DNA of 64,000 nucleotides from Podarcis gaigeae. Taxonomy: Eukaryota. Shown here piece after piece: positions 11,341-23,161 of this stretch. The first letter of the stretch is position 1. Each line of letters begins with the position of its first letter. The stretch is from NCBI GenBank assembly GCA_964106915.2, contig OZ066923.1; one strand, written 5' to 3'. Both the position numbers and the translations under genes were made by a program. A model generated the notes under the pieces. That model was given only the letters and a program-made list of their open reading frames with translations. It was not told where the DNA came from and did not search any database.

Positions 11341-12171
11341 GGGTCATTCCATGCCAAATCACCTGATTTTAGTACTCGACCGTGCTCTCACGACTCGGAT
11401 TTTCTTCCCAAGAAATTTGTGGTTATTTTATAAGCACAAAAAACACCCTCCTTATTTTTAAAACATAACAAGTACATGGTTAGCCCATTCTACGAAAAAG
11501 TATGATAAATGTATTAGTTGTGGTTTGTGCGCTATGGCTTATTGAACCTACTGGGAATAAAATAACAAAAATTCACTTTGGTCAGTGACCCTTTTCTGTG
11601 GCACTTAATACCATTTTTATACCTTATTTTGAAAGAGACCACAATTAGCTTTATTTTGATACCCAAATAAGCCCAATTGGTTGAAAAACAAGTGAAACAG
11701 TTTTGTTTTTTTTAAACTGACGCAGAAATTGCATAAGTCTAAATCACACGAAAATTGAAATTTTTTAAACATTCTCCTGCACCCAATTTTGGACCAAAAA
11801 TTTAAAAAAAAATTAATTTGAGGTTATGAGCTCCCATTGCTCAGTCCCTGCTCCTGCCAACCTAGCAGTTCGAAAGCACATCAAAGTGCAAGTAGATAAA
11901 TAGTTACTGCTCCGGTGGGAAGGTAAACAGCGTTTCCATGCGCTGCTCTGGTTCACCAGAAGCAGCTTAGTCATGCTGGCCACATGACCCGGAAGCTGTA
12001 CGCCGGCTCCCTCGGCCAGTAAAGTGAGATGAGCGCCAGAACCCCAGAGTCGGCCATGACTGGACCTAATGGTCAGATACCTTTACCATAGGTATCTACA
12101 CATTATTTTTTTTAAAGAAAATCTTTGTCATGAGAGCACATGGCACCAGGTGATTTGGCATGGAATGACCC
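11341..12171. mobile_element. Non-autonomous DNA transposon with GGG termini (Sola- or Harbinger-like, superfamily uncertain)
   Basis: Perfect 25-bp TIRs gggtcattccatgccaaatcacctg/caggtgatttggcatggaatgaccc plus subterminal IR gtgctctcacgac/gtcatgagagcac; flanks ctct/ccct. Confidence 0.85.
11826..12088 (+). mobile_element. 5'-truncated Sauria SINE nested in the DNA transposon
   Basis: SINE body from tgagctcccattgctc to tacctttacc. Confidence 0.9.
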
Positions 12172-12240
12172 CCCTGGGACTCCATGGCATAAGTCAGACT
12201 TTCCCCTTGCACACAAACATCTATGCTCTGTTTTAACCAT

Positions 12241-12345
12241 TAATCTGATGAGCTATAGAGTACCTGAAAGCTTGCCAATTACTCTGTGGTATTTTGGTTA
12301 GCCTAATAACAGCATTGCTGTACCGTGGATTTAGAATATTTTCTT
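12241..12345 (+). mobile_element. Degenerate Penelope-like terminal repeat remnant
   Basis: CTGATGA..GAAAGCTT hammerhead-like core followed by ttttggttagcctaata..gtggattt. Confidence 0.45.
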
Positions 12346-12480
12346 AAAGGTCAGTAGCTTGGCTTCTGTTTTCTCTTCACCAGGTTTACAGTCTTCAAGA
12401 CAACAGGAAAGAAGTGGAGAGGCAGGAAGTGAGCATGACTTTGTGGAACTCCCAGGCAGGAAGATGGGACCCCACCTTTC

Positions 12481-12481
<1 letters not shown>

Positions 12482-12529
<48 letters not shown>

Positions 12530-12530
12530 T
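12482..12530. repeat. (TTA)n microsatellite (tail of an adjacent L2-type 3' end remnant)
   Basis: ~15 TTA units followed by tttatac..ctgccct..tctcagggcggtt. Confidence 0.85.
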
Positions 12531-15152
12531 AAATTTATACACTGCCCTATACCCGGAGGTCTCAGGGCGGTTATGTCACAAGCTATCAGGCCTTACCCCT
12601 ACCTCTTCAGAACAAGCAGGCATCTCGCTTGAATCCTGCCTCCTCCCTGCCCTTTTTCTCTGTTTTCTCTGGTCATGAGGACTAGCGACTTGCAGAGCCC
12701 ACTCCAACACAGGGAGATGCTAAGCCTTCAAAGCCACTGTTATAAAGGCAGGTGAAGATTTTATTCTGTCGGTGAGACTGAATCCAATAGTCCATGCAAC
12801 AAAGAGGCCAGTGTTAACCGGTCCTGGTATTGTGCGGGGAATGTTGGCACATGATAAAAAATATCCTTTATTGATGCTTGTTGCTTCCCATAAGCCCAGC
12901 AGCCTAACAAGCTTTTCTGTTTCAAGGCTGAAAAACCAGATTGCCCACTTGATCACAACACTGAGCCATCTTTCACCTGCCGAGACTTTGTTTTACTTTG
13001 ACTTTTGCCTCAACCGGACTTCATGGATAATAAACAGCTGCAGCCAGCTCAAAACCATTTCCCTCATGGCAAACACAGCTTATTCCCAATGATAAATTGG
13101 ATGGGTGTGGATTTCAGCTTCAGTTGAATAATGGTATTTTAGAGAACTATGCAGTAAATAAAGACAAAAAGAGGGACTTCTCATATCTATGCAGTGTTTT
13201 GCCATTCTGCTTTTATCTCCTCCAACCCCCCCCCCAAATGTTCTGCTTCCACAACACACAAAAATGTTGCCAACATTTCAAACAGGACTCTGCAGCTGTG
13301 CCTGCTTAGCCAGTAGGAATTAGTTTCTGAAGCTAGTTTTTAAAGGGTGCGAATTGTAAAATAAAATGAGTAGCTGCTAGTTGCTGCAGCTAGCAAGGCC
13401 TACTAGATAGGTGTGTGACCCTGTGGCTTATTCCCATGAAGGAATTCTGTTTTGCTTACGCTCATCTAAGCATAACCTCCAGATAAACTCCCAGGACCTC
13501 GTTCAACCTTTTCCTGATTCATCCTTCACTTCCCAAGAAGAGCATTTATTGTACAGGTGCATCCTGCTCTGTGGGACAGGCTCAGCACTCTACTTCCTCC
13601 CAGATATATGTCTAGACATCCACATACGTCATGGGCCAGTGTTGCTGATCTATCCCCCTGGGGCTGCAGAGTTTCCAGACGCAGATCGATAAAAGCCAAG
13701 CTGATCAGAAAGGAAAAGGGTGCGTGTGTTGTGCTAATCTTGCTAGATCAGCAAGGCATCAAACCAGGGGCACATCTTGGATGTACAGATTTCAATGCAA
13801 AATCATCATCATGCACAAGGCACATGAGGGCCCATCTGTCTCCATGCTAGCTCTCTGGCGCACACTTGTGGCCAAGACATCTCAGTTCCTATCAAAAAGA
13901 TGTGTGGTACCTCTGTGGAGAGCTATTAGGATTTGCACTGAGATGCTTTCAAGGCAGATGCTTTAGCAGCAGGGGAGATTTGCAGGAAGTCAGCTAGTGG
14001 CAAAGATTTGCAGGGAAATGCATGTGTCTTTTTTATTCCCTTTCAACACCAGCAGAATTTATGCTGCAGTTTGGGCATAGCACCTTTAAAGCCCACTCAC
14101 ATGACATTTCTTGGCTTCAACAATATTGATTTCCCTCCCACACCTTTTTGGCAGCTTGATTTTAATTAACACAGAGATCAAAGGTCCGCTACATTCCATC
14201 CCAGAGAACTAAATGGCTCGGATTGTCACATGGAAAACATCTGATGATGAGTTGTGTCTTATTGTGACCCCATCATAGATAGGTATGTTTTTCATGCATC
14301 CACATTACTGGCTGTCTCGGGTCATGGCAGACCCATTCCTGTGATCAGCTGCTTCCTGCCCTATCCCTTTGCCTTAACCATCTCCCCATTCAGTTTGTCT
14401 TCGTCTTTTCTGGCTGCCCAGAACCAGTGCCGCTGCCTCCTTCCCGTTAACAGCACACAGCTCTTCCTCCTCCTTGGTCCTTCCTTCTGCCGACTTAAAA
14501 TTCTCCTTGCCCTCACAGAAACTGCATCTTGTCAGCATTCTGTTCATGGAACCTTCACCCTGATAAGTCAGAATGTTCATTAGCATTCCGTGTCCTCCTG
14601 CCAGAGCAGCAGCCAATAGCCAAAGAGGTGGGCTGCCGGAACAAAATGAACCTGTGTGCATTCATTATACATATATCATACATGCTGAAGAGTCACAAAT
14701 TATGGTCTATGAGCTGTCTTTGGAGGCTGCTGGGAGCCTCTGATCCTTTCCTTTGATATTCATTTTCCTCTTCTTCTAGAAGCAGCCTTGCTGGGATTAA
14801 AGAATACCACCCATTGCCTTCCTCTCTGCCTCCAGGGTGGCATGACTGCTAATTTCCTCTCGCATATGGCAGTGCTGAACCATCAGTCTGCATCACGATG
14901 CCAGACTGGCTAGAAGAGAGCGAAGTGGCAAGACAGTACCAGGATAGCAGCAAGCTCAGTTTGTGCACACAGCAATATCACTCAGGCCACAGGGACCCAA
15001 CTTGCCTGGTCAATAAGGCCACCTGTGTGAGCAAGGATCAAACACACAAAAAACAGACCACAAGTGTTAACAAGGTGCAGCAAAAAAGGCAAGCTTCGGG
15101 ACTGCGATTTAACACCCACCTATCACGATCATACGCTTTAATAGAAAACTCA

Positions 15153-15438
15153 GGTGGAACGAGCTTGTTTTCTCCAGCTCTGGAGGGCAGGACTCGAACC
15201 AATGGCTTCAAGTTATAAGAAAGGAGATTCTGACAAAACATCAGGAAGAACTTTGCCAGCAAGAGCTGTCAATAGTGGAACAGACTCCCTTGGGAGGTGG
15301 CGGACTCTCCTCTTCCTTGGATGTTTTTAAGCAGAGGTTGGATTGCCGTCTGTCATGGATGGTTCAGTTGAGATTGCTGCATTGCAGGGGGCTGGACTAG
15401 ATGTCCCTTGTGGTCCCATCCAACTCTATGGTATGTGA
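15153..15438 (+). mobile_element. CR1 LINE 3' fragment
   Basis: agcttgttttct..ggactcgaaccaatgg..aggaagaacttt..ggactagatg..ggtccc..ccaactctatg. Confidence 0.8.
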
Positions 15439-16184
15439 AAATAGAAAGGGAGCCAAAATAGGATGGCTCAGAAACACGGGGGTTCCCAGAGGTACAAAAA
15501 CATCTACATAGCTTAGCAGCAGAACATCTGTCTCACATGCAGGTTCAGTCTCAATGTGGAATTGGGCAAGATCCTGAAACCCTTGTGAGCATTTGCCAGT
15601 TGGGGTGCAGTGTCGGGATAGAGGAACCAATTCAGCACAAGGTAGCTTCCTGTATCCCACCTTCGCATGCTCAGTAGTCATGGGCGCCAGATGAAAAGGT
15701 AAACTGAGGAACTGGGCTAGGGAGAGAGAATCCTGAACAGAAATGGCTGAAGAGGAACACTGAGGAACATGAGAATTCATTGCAACTTTATGATGAAGGT
15801 CCCACTTGCTCCATCTAATAGCCAACTCAGGGTTTGAGGGCCTATCATTTTGGAAGTGAGCAGGTCTGTGTGTGTGTTGCATGTGTCCTGGCCTGCCAAA
15901 AGTGGCTGTCTCATCTAAGTATGGAGGTATCTCCAGGAGACCTCCCATGCTCCCGGGCTACAGCATTCATTTGGGTAGCTGCTGTCAACTGCCTGCTGCC
16001 CATAGGTGTGGTGGAGAACACTGCCAGTGTCTAAGTGAGATTCAACTGCTAGTTGGATCAGTTCTTGGTACATGGAATGGGAGGCTCCATCTTGTCCTTT
16101 ACCTCAGGAAGCAAAATGTGCTTCATCCTTATAGTTCATACTTCTAAGATGTTCTGTTTTATTTCATTTGGGCCCCCAATGATT

Positions 16185-16540
16185 CAACCCTAGAGGGAAG
16201 TGAAGGGCAGATGGGGCTCATCAACCTGGGAAGGTGGCCTATGTAGTAGAAGGAAAACTCTGATCCTAAACCTTTCAGGATATATCTTCCAGAGAAGAAA
16301 AGGCTCAGGAGTAAGCCCTATGCAAATCCAGAGTGGAGTGGAGTCCCTAAATGGCACCTTGTATGCCTTCTTCCAACAACTCATGCAGCCAAGCTAGTGC
16401 CAAACGTCTTGCTCTGCTTTCCTTTGGACCACATCAGCGAGGTCAAGAGAGGTCTTGTCGACTGGGCAGCCCAAGACCTACATATACATTGCCCAGGCTT
16501 GTACCCTGGGGAGGTCACTTCAGTGCTGCTAATACAGTGT
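16185..16540 (+). mobile_element. Degenerate non-LTR retrotransposon 5' region (RTE/Vingi-like)
   Basis: Motif agaaggaaaactctgatcctaaacct recalled from such 5' regions; no ORF. Confidence 0.4.
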
Positions 16541-16619
16541 TTTGACTTCACCCCTGGAGGCAAACGCTATTGTCTCTCAAGACAGATGGATGCCAACAAC
16601 AGATAATGTGAAGGGAGTC

Positions 16620-16780
16620 ATAACCCAGAGACAGAGCACATGGTTTGCATTGCAGAAGGCCCCAGGTTCAATCCCCACCATCTCCAGAAAGGATGGCAGG
16701 ATTCAGGAGAGCTGCTGCCAGTCAATGTAAACAGTGGACCAATGGCATGACTCTGTAATAAGGCTTACTATGTTCCTATG
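16620..16780 (+). mobile_element. Old tRNA-derived SINE
   Basis: agagcac..ttgcattgcagaaggccccaggttcaatcccc B-box head; related copies near 2750-2825(-), 4100-4230(-) and 45745-45900(+). Confidence 0.6.
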
Positions 16781-19175
16781 ACAAGGAGTGGTCTAGAATG
16801 GGCTAAGCCCGGGATGGGGAACCTGTGGCCTTCCAGAGGTTGTTGGACTACTGCTCGCCCCAACATCCAAATGGGAAGCCGCTGTTCAGACGAGCTCTTT
16901 GATCACCAGAAGATGAGAATCTACCTTGTCTCACTACAAGCACAACGACAAATGTTTTGCAACATGGTAGTGCTCATGTTTAGAGGAGGCAACTATTGCA
17001 AGTCATTAATTAGACCAGATGGCGGTGTTAAAACGTTTAACAGACAACATACGTTTACCGGGAAAATAAACACCAACAGATCCCTCCATAAATCATAACA
17101 TACATTTTGATAGAAGGAATTTTTGGTAGAAGGAAGACATACTTCTGCTCTCAGAAATTACCTCCTGTTCAAGTGTCATGAAGGGACATTATAGGCAGGA
17201 CTGCAAGGTGCATGATTGCTGGATCTCAGATAGTGAGAAATTGGGTGAACTTGGGTTGTACCATATACTCTGAGCAAAATCTGCCTATTCCCCTCTTTGA
17301 CCCGATATCTGACCACTTTGGGCAGCCTACATGTGAAGTCTATCAGGTTTGGAAAGCCGTCTTCCACAAAGTGATGATCTTGCATGTTTAAAAGCTGCTT
17401 CCAGTAAATAAGAGAACGATTTATTTCTTTGCTTGCTTTAGCAGATGCAAGTGTGTCCCACTGGGATCAAGGGAATGAGTAGCATGTTCAACGAGGTTTT
17501 AAATCAAGTTGTGCATTCAAGAAGGGATTTTCATTACCATTTCAAAAAACAACTATTCTGAAAAACCAATACAACCGTAACTGAAAGATTAAATGATTGT
17601 GAAGACTCAGCCTTACTCCTGCCTTTCTCCCCTACATCTTCTTCTATTGTTTCCATCTTATTTTTTTAAATATAGATTTTGTAAGCCCTTTGGGCTAGAG
17701 ACCTGTTCTTTGTAAAGTGTCATGTGCAGCATTATAAATACTTATAAATGGCTGCTACTCTTCCTGCCGCAATTGTTCCAAAACACAGAGGCTTGAGAAT
17801 TCACTTCTTGGCCCAATTCAAGGTGCTCATGTTACAAGTTTGAAGCCCTGAATGGCTTAGGCCCCAAATATCTAAAATACTGTCTATGTCTCTACACTCC
17901 CCTTATATACAGTCCCGCCTTCTTTTTGTGATTGTAAGTTGTTTTATTAAACTGCTTTTAACATTGTGCTTTCGTTGTTGCAACCAGGGTTCTTTCCTGG
18001 GACCTTAGGTGAAGGGCGGTATTAAAACAACAACAACAGCAGCTGCAGCAGCAACAGCAGCAGCAACTCTCTAGCAGCAGTTGTGCCTTTATGAATAAAA
18101 AATATTTGACAAGCTTCAGAATCTCCTTTAAGAGGTGTGTTCTCTTAAAAGTTCACAACTGCATGCAGCACTCTTATTGTCAATCTGCCTATCACAGTCC
18201 TCTCCCTCTCCCTCTCCCTCTCCCTCACACTGCTGCTAAAGGCTTGAAGAGAGAGCATATATTTAGCCGAGACTCAGGCTTGTTGTAACAACAAGGAAAA
18301 CCCCAGTGTTCAGAAGTTACAGGGTTATCCAATAGTTGCTTTGCACTAGTGGAAAGCACTTCCCCCCTACATTGGGGGATGGGACACCTTTATCAGATCA
18401 AGGGCCACATTTCCTTCTGGACCTTTCAGAGGTCACATGCCAGTGGTGGACAGGGCCAGAGTCAAAAGTGCTCAGAGCCATAAACATGAATTTTACCTAT
18501 AAGGCTAAGTTTCTTCGCAACCAAACACCCCTCTCTACCTTCTGTTCAGGCAAGCGGAAGACATCATCTGAGTTCAAGGACAGGTTTCAGTCAGGAAAAA
18601 ACAGTCAAGGAGGATACAAAGTGAGAGGCATGGCTAAGCAGGCTCGGAGAATGTCCCAAGGGCCAGACAGAGAGGCCTGAAGGGCAATGGGTTTCCATAT
18701 CCCTTCACTACCACCCTCTGTGACATATCTGAACATGTTTTGAAGGTTCCTCTAACCTTTCCGGGACGCGGTTGGCGCTGTGGTCTAAACCACTGAGCCA
18801 AGGGCTTGCCGATCAGAAGGTCGGCGGTTCGAATCTCTGCGACAGGGTGAGCTCCTGTTGCTCGGTCCCAGCTCCTGCCAACCTAGCAGTTTGAAAGCAT
18901 GTCAAAGTGCAAGTAGATAAATAGGTACCACTCCAGTGGGAAGGTAAACGGCGTTTCTAAGAGAGTCTGTGTAATAATAATAATAATAGTAATAATAAAT
19001 TTTATTTATATCCCGCCCTCCCCAGCCGAAGCCGGACTCAGGGCGGCTAACAATAATCAAATAATCAAACAATCAAATAATCACACATTCAAAATATTCA
19101 TTATAAAAATTAATTAAAATCAAATTAATGGCAACCAATTAAGCAATATTCTATGCAGGTTGCCAGAGGAGGGAG

Positions 19176-22149
19176 TCAGGCTGCGCCCTGACCAAAGGCC
19201 TGGTGGAACAACTCTGTCTTGCAGGCCCTGCGGAAAGATGTCAGGTCCCGCAGGGCCCTAGTCTCTTGTGACAGAGCGTTCCACCAGATTGGAGCCGCAG
19301 CCGAGAAGGCCCTGGCTCTAGTTGAGGCCAGCCTAACCTCTCTTGAGGCCTGGGACCTTGAGGATGTTATTATTTGCAGACCGTGGGGCATACCAGGAGA
19401 GGCGGTCCCGTAGGTACGAGGGTCCTAGGCCGTATAGGGCTTTAAAGGTTAAAACCAGCACCTTAAACCTGATCCTGTACTCCACCGGGAGCCAGTGCAG
19501 CTGGTATAGTACTGGGTGAATGTGATCTCGCAGTGAAGACCCCATAAGGAGTCTCGCCGCGGCATTCTGCACCCGCTGGAGTTTCTGGGTCAGTCTCAAG
19601 GGCAGCCCCACGTAGAGCGAGTTACAATAATCCAGTCTGGAGGTGACCGTCGCATGGATCACAGTGGCTAGGTCAGGGCGAGAGAGATAAGGGGCCAACT
19701 GCTTAGCTTGGCGGAGATGAAAAAATGCCGCCTTTGTTATAGCTGTAATCTGCGCCTCCATAGAGAGGGAGGTATCGAAGATTACACCCAAACTCTTAAC
19801 GGACGGTGCTGGCACCAATTGCACCCCCGCAAGAGATGGGAGTTGCCCCCTCAATCCCATATCGTCCCGGCCCAGCCAGAGGACCTCTGTCTTCGAAGGA
19901 TTTAACTTCAACCGGCTCCCACGTAACCATCCAGCCACAGCTTCCAGACATCTCGCCAGTGTGTCTGGGGCCGAGTCAGGATGGCCATCCATCAACAGAT
20001 AGAGTTGGGTGTCATCAGCATACTGATGGCAGCCCAGCCCAAAACTCCGGGCAAGCTGGGCGAGGGGGCGCATAAAGATGTTAAAAAGCATCGGGGAGAG
20101 AATCGCACCCTGAGGCACTCCACACACCAAGGAGTGGCGCGATGACAATTCCCCCCCAAGCGCCACCCTCTGTCCCCGCCCAGAGAGAAACGAGCGCAGC
20201 CATTGAAGGACTGTGCCCTGGATCCCCACGTCGGCAAGGCGGTGGTCCAGGAGTTCGTGATCGACCATGTCGAAGGCTGCTGACAGATCTAGAAGAATCA
20301 GCAGCCCCGACCCGCCTCGATCCAGCTGCCTGCGGAGATCATCTGTTAGGGCGACCAGAGCCGTCTCGGTCCCATGGCCAGCGCGGAAGCCGGACTGGAA
20401 TGGATCCAGAGCAGATGTTTCATCCAGAAACCTACCAAGCTGTTCAGCAACCGCTCTCTCAATCACCTTACCCAGGAATGGAAGATTCGAGACCGGGCGG
20501 TAATTGGATAGATCTAAGGGATCTAATGATGTTTTCTTTAAGAGCGGACGCACCACTGCCTCCTTCAGTTCCCCTGGGAATATCCTGGTGCCAAGGGACA
20601 AATTGATGATATCCCCCAGGGGGGCCCGCACCTCGTCTGGACACGCTCTAATCAGCCATGACGGGCACGGGTCAAGAGGACAGGTGGTGGGCTTTCCAGC
20701 TCGGAGGAGTCTGTCCACATCGGCTGGGGATATCCAGTCAAAGTGGTCCAATACTGAACCCGAGGACAGTCGAGGGGCCTCCAGTTCCTTTATTGTATCC
20801 AAATTGGCAGGGAGGTCATGGCGGAGCAACAGGACCTTCTCCGCAAAAAAGCTCGCAAATGCCTCACAGCTGTGTGTCAAATTATTATTTAAATTTGGCT
20901 GTCCTTCAAGGGACGTTAAAGACCGAATTATACTAAATAATTGCACCGGGCGAGAGCTAGCGGATGCAATGGAGGCCGAGAAGTAGGACTTCTTAGCGGC
21001 CTTCACTGCCATCTCATAGGTTTTCATAAAAGCCCTATAAGATGTTCTTGAGGCTCCGTCACGGGCACCCCGCCATACTCACTCTAGCCGTCTGAGGTCC
21101 CGCTTCATTTTCCGAAGCTCCTCGGTAAACCAGGGAGCCCGGTTTCTGCGGGGTCGCAGAGGGCGCTTAGGTGCGATCTCATCGATGGCTGCCAGGAGCT
21201 GGGTATTCCAGCCCTCAACAAGCTCAGTCAATGAGTCGCCAGGGGGAGCAAGGTCCCGCAAGGCTTGACGGAATCTATCAGGGTCCATCAGCCTCTGCGG
21301 GTGAGCCCAAACTGGCTCACCACCTAAGCAGGGTGGGGGTGGAAAGTCAATCCTGGCTTTCAGGGCGTAGTGATCAGACCATGGCACCTTCATCGAAGGA
21401 GACATGATCACATCTATACCGGTGCCAAAGATCAAATCCAGCGTGTGGCCTGCTTGATGTGTGGGGCCCGAAACAAACTGGGAGAGCCCTAGTGTCGTCA
21501 TGGAAGACACCAGGTCCAGAGCCTGTGAGGAGGGAGTGGCATCAGCATGGAAGTTGAAGTCTCCCAATACCAATAGGTTAGGGAACTCCAAGGCCCAGCT
21601 GGCCACCGCCTCCAGCAGGCTTGACAGGGTGGCTGCTGGTGCGCTAGGTGGCCAGTACACCAGCCAGACAGCCAAGCTCTCCTCGGAGTCCCACACTAGG
21701 CCAACACATTCAATGCCGGGGATCGATGGCGATGGTAGAGCCCTGAAAGAACAATCTTCCCGGATTAATAATGCCACCCCTCCCCCCCGGCCCACAGTCC
21801 GTGACTGGTGGAGGACGGAGAAACCCGGGGGCGCCATCTCTCGTAAGGTAACAGTTACCCCTTCGCGCACCCAGGTCTCCGTCACGCAAGCCAGGTCGAC
21901 CCCCTGCGAGGTAAAGAAATCTCGCAGGGTGGCGGTTTTGTTGCCTATAGACCTGGCATTGCACAACACCAGTGAAGGAGGTGAGTAATCCTTGCTCACC
22001 CTACCCTCGTCTCTCGGGATGGGGCGCAGATTGGAAGGGGTACGAGCATATCCGTATCTCGATCCCCTTCGCTTATAACATCTGCCCCCACCGCCATACC
22101 TCCCTCGCCCCACCACGGTAGCAATCCCAAGCCTCATAATAACCTCCAT
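19176..22149 (-). pseudogene. L2 APE-RT ORF with one in-frame stop (21079-21081) and a C-terminal frameshift (~19385)
   Basis: APE motifs NARS, VTETW, GGGV, LGDFN, TLDL, SDH; RT motifs LDLSAAFD, GVPQG, YADDTQLY, LKLNPSKTE, SRLDYCNSL, LHWLPVEYRIRFK; the two ORFs are in frame across RLE*VWR. Confidence 0.92.
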
Positions 22150-22396
22150 TTACAAAATAGAAAAACAAAACAACCAAAAAACAATTGTGCCCAAACAAAA
22201 ACCAATCCCCATCCCACTCAATATCCCACCCCAAAACAGAACAAAATAGAACAAAACAAGAATACATAGATAAAAACCACCATTCACGGTGGTACAACAA
22301 AATAAGCAATAAAAACACGTTTAAAACACATTAAAATATATCAAACATCTTTAGCATTTGCTGCAGCAGCACCGGTGTCCTTAAAACTATCACGGA

Positions 22397-22739
22397 GGTG
22401 AGCCTGGGCCCCGCCCCCTAGGCCAGATGGAATTAGCCTGAGGAGGGAGAGGCCTTACACTCCAAAGACTCACGATGCAGCAGCAGCGATGTCCCTGGCC
22501 TCAATGAGGCCTCTTAAAGCCGTGGGGAAGGTGAGCCTGGGCCCCGCCCCCTAGGCCAGATGGAATTAGCCTGAGGAGGGAGAGGCCTTACACTCCAAGC
22601 ACTCACGATGCAGCAGCAGCGATGTCCCTGGCCTCAATGAGGCCTCTTAAAGCCGTGGCGAAGGTGAGCCTGGGCCCCGCCCCCTAGGCCAGATGGAGTT
22701 AGCCTGAGGAGGGAGAGGCCTTACACTCCAGGCACTCAC
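22397..22739 (-). repeat. 133-bp tandem monomers (~2.6 copies) at the LINE 5' end
   Basis: ggtgagcctgggccccgccccctagg starts at 22397, 22530 and 22663. Confidence 0.95.
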
Positions 22740-22935
22740 TGTACTGGTCCAGTAAACGCTTCCACTGTGCAACCAGCAACAGTTCTCTTTGCAGAGCATT
22801 GATTAAGTCCAGTGCAGAATTCTTGTTGCAGTACAAGCTTCAGAGTCTCAGCAGCAAAGAAATAACGACACAGGGAAGCCTGTCTTTCCAAAGACAGGTT
22901 TATTGCAGAAAGATAACAGAAACACCTCCGGAGCT

Positions 22936-23161
22936 CCAGTTACAGATAGGTAGCCGTGTTGGTCTGCCATAGTAAAAAAAAATAATAATTCCTTCCAGTA
23001 GCACCTTAAAGACCAACTAAGTCAGTTCTTGGTATGAGCTTTCGTGTGCATGCACACTTCTTCAGATACACAGAAGTGTGCATGCACACGAAAGCTCATA
23101 CCCAGAACTGACTTAGTTGGTCTTTAAGGTGCTACTGGAAGGAATTATTATTATTTTTTTT
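22936..23161. mobile_element. Penelope-like element terminal repeats in inverted arrangement
   Basis: Starts ..ggtagccgtgttggtctg; ~90-bp inverted repeat (about 22973-23061 vs 23072-23161); 12-bp TSD acctccggagct (22924-22935, 23162-23173). Confidence 0.85.
23032..23069 (-). ncRNA. Minimal type I hammerhead ribozyme motif (Penelope-associated)
   Basis: Minus strand gtat-CTGAAGA-aGTGTGCatGCACAC-GAAAGCTC-atac: stem I, CUGANGA, stem II, GAAA, palindromic AGCT, UC cleavage site. Confidence 0.75.

Larger units (their letters stand above)
18974..22739 (-). mobile_element. Near full-length L2-clade LINE
   Basis: APE plus RT coding region, (ATT)n 3' tail, tandem 5' monomers, probable 4-bp TSD tgta. 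Confidence 0.92.

Noticed and set aside
22397-22739. CRISPR-like array or HDV-like ribozyme in the 133-bp repeats
   Set aside because: Units repeat in full without unique spacers in a eukaryotic context, and I could not build the HDV nested pseudoknot by eye
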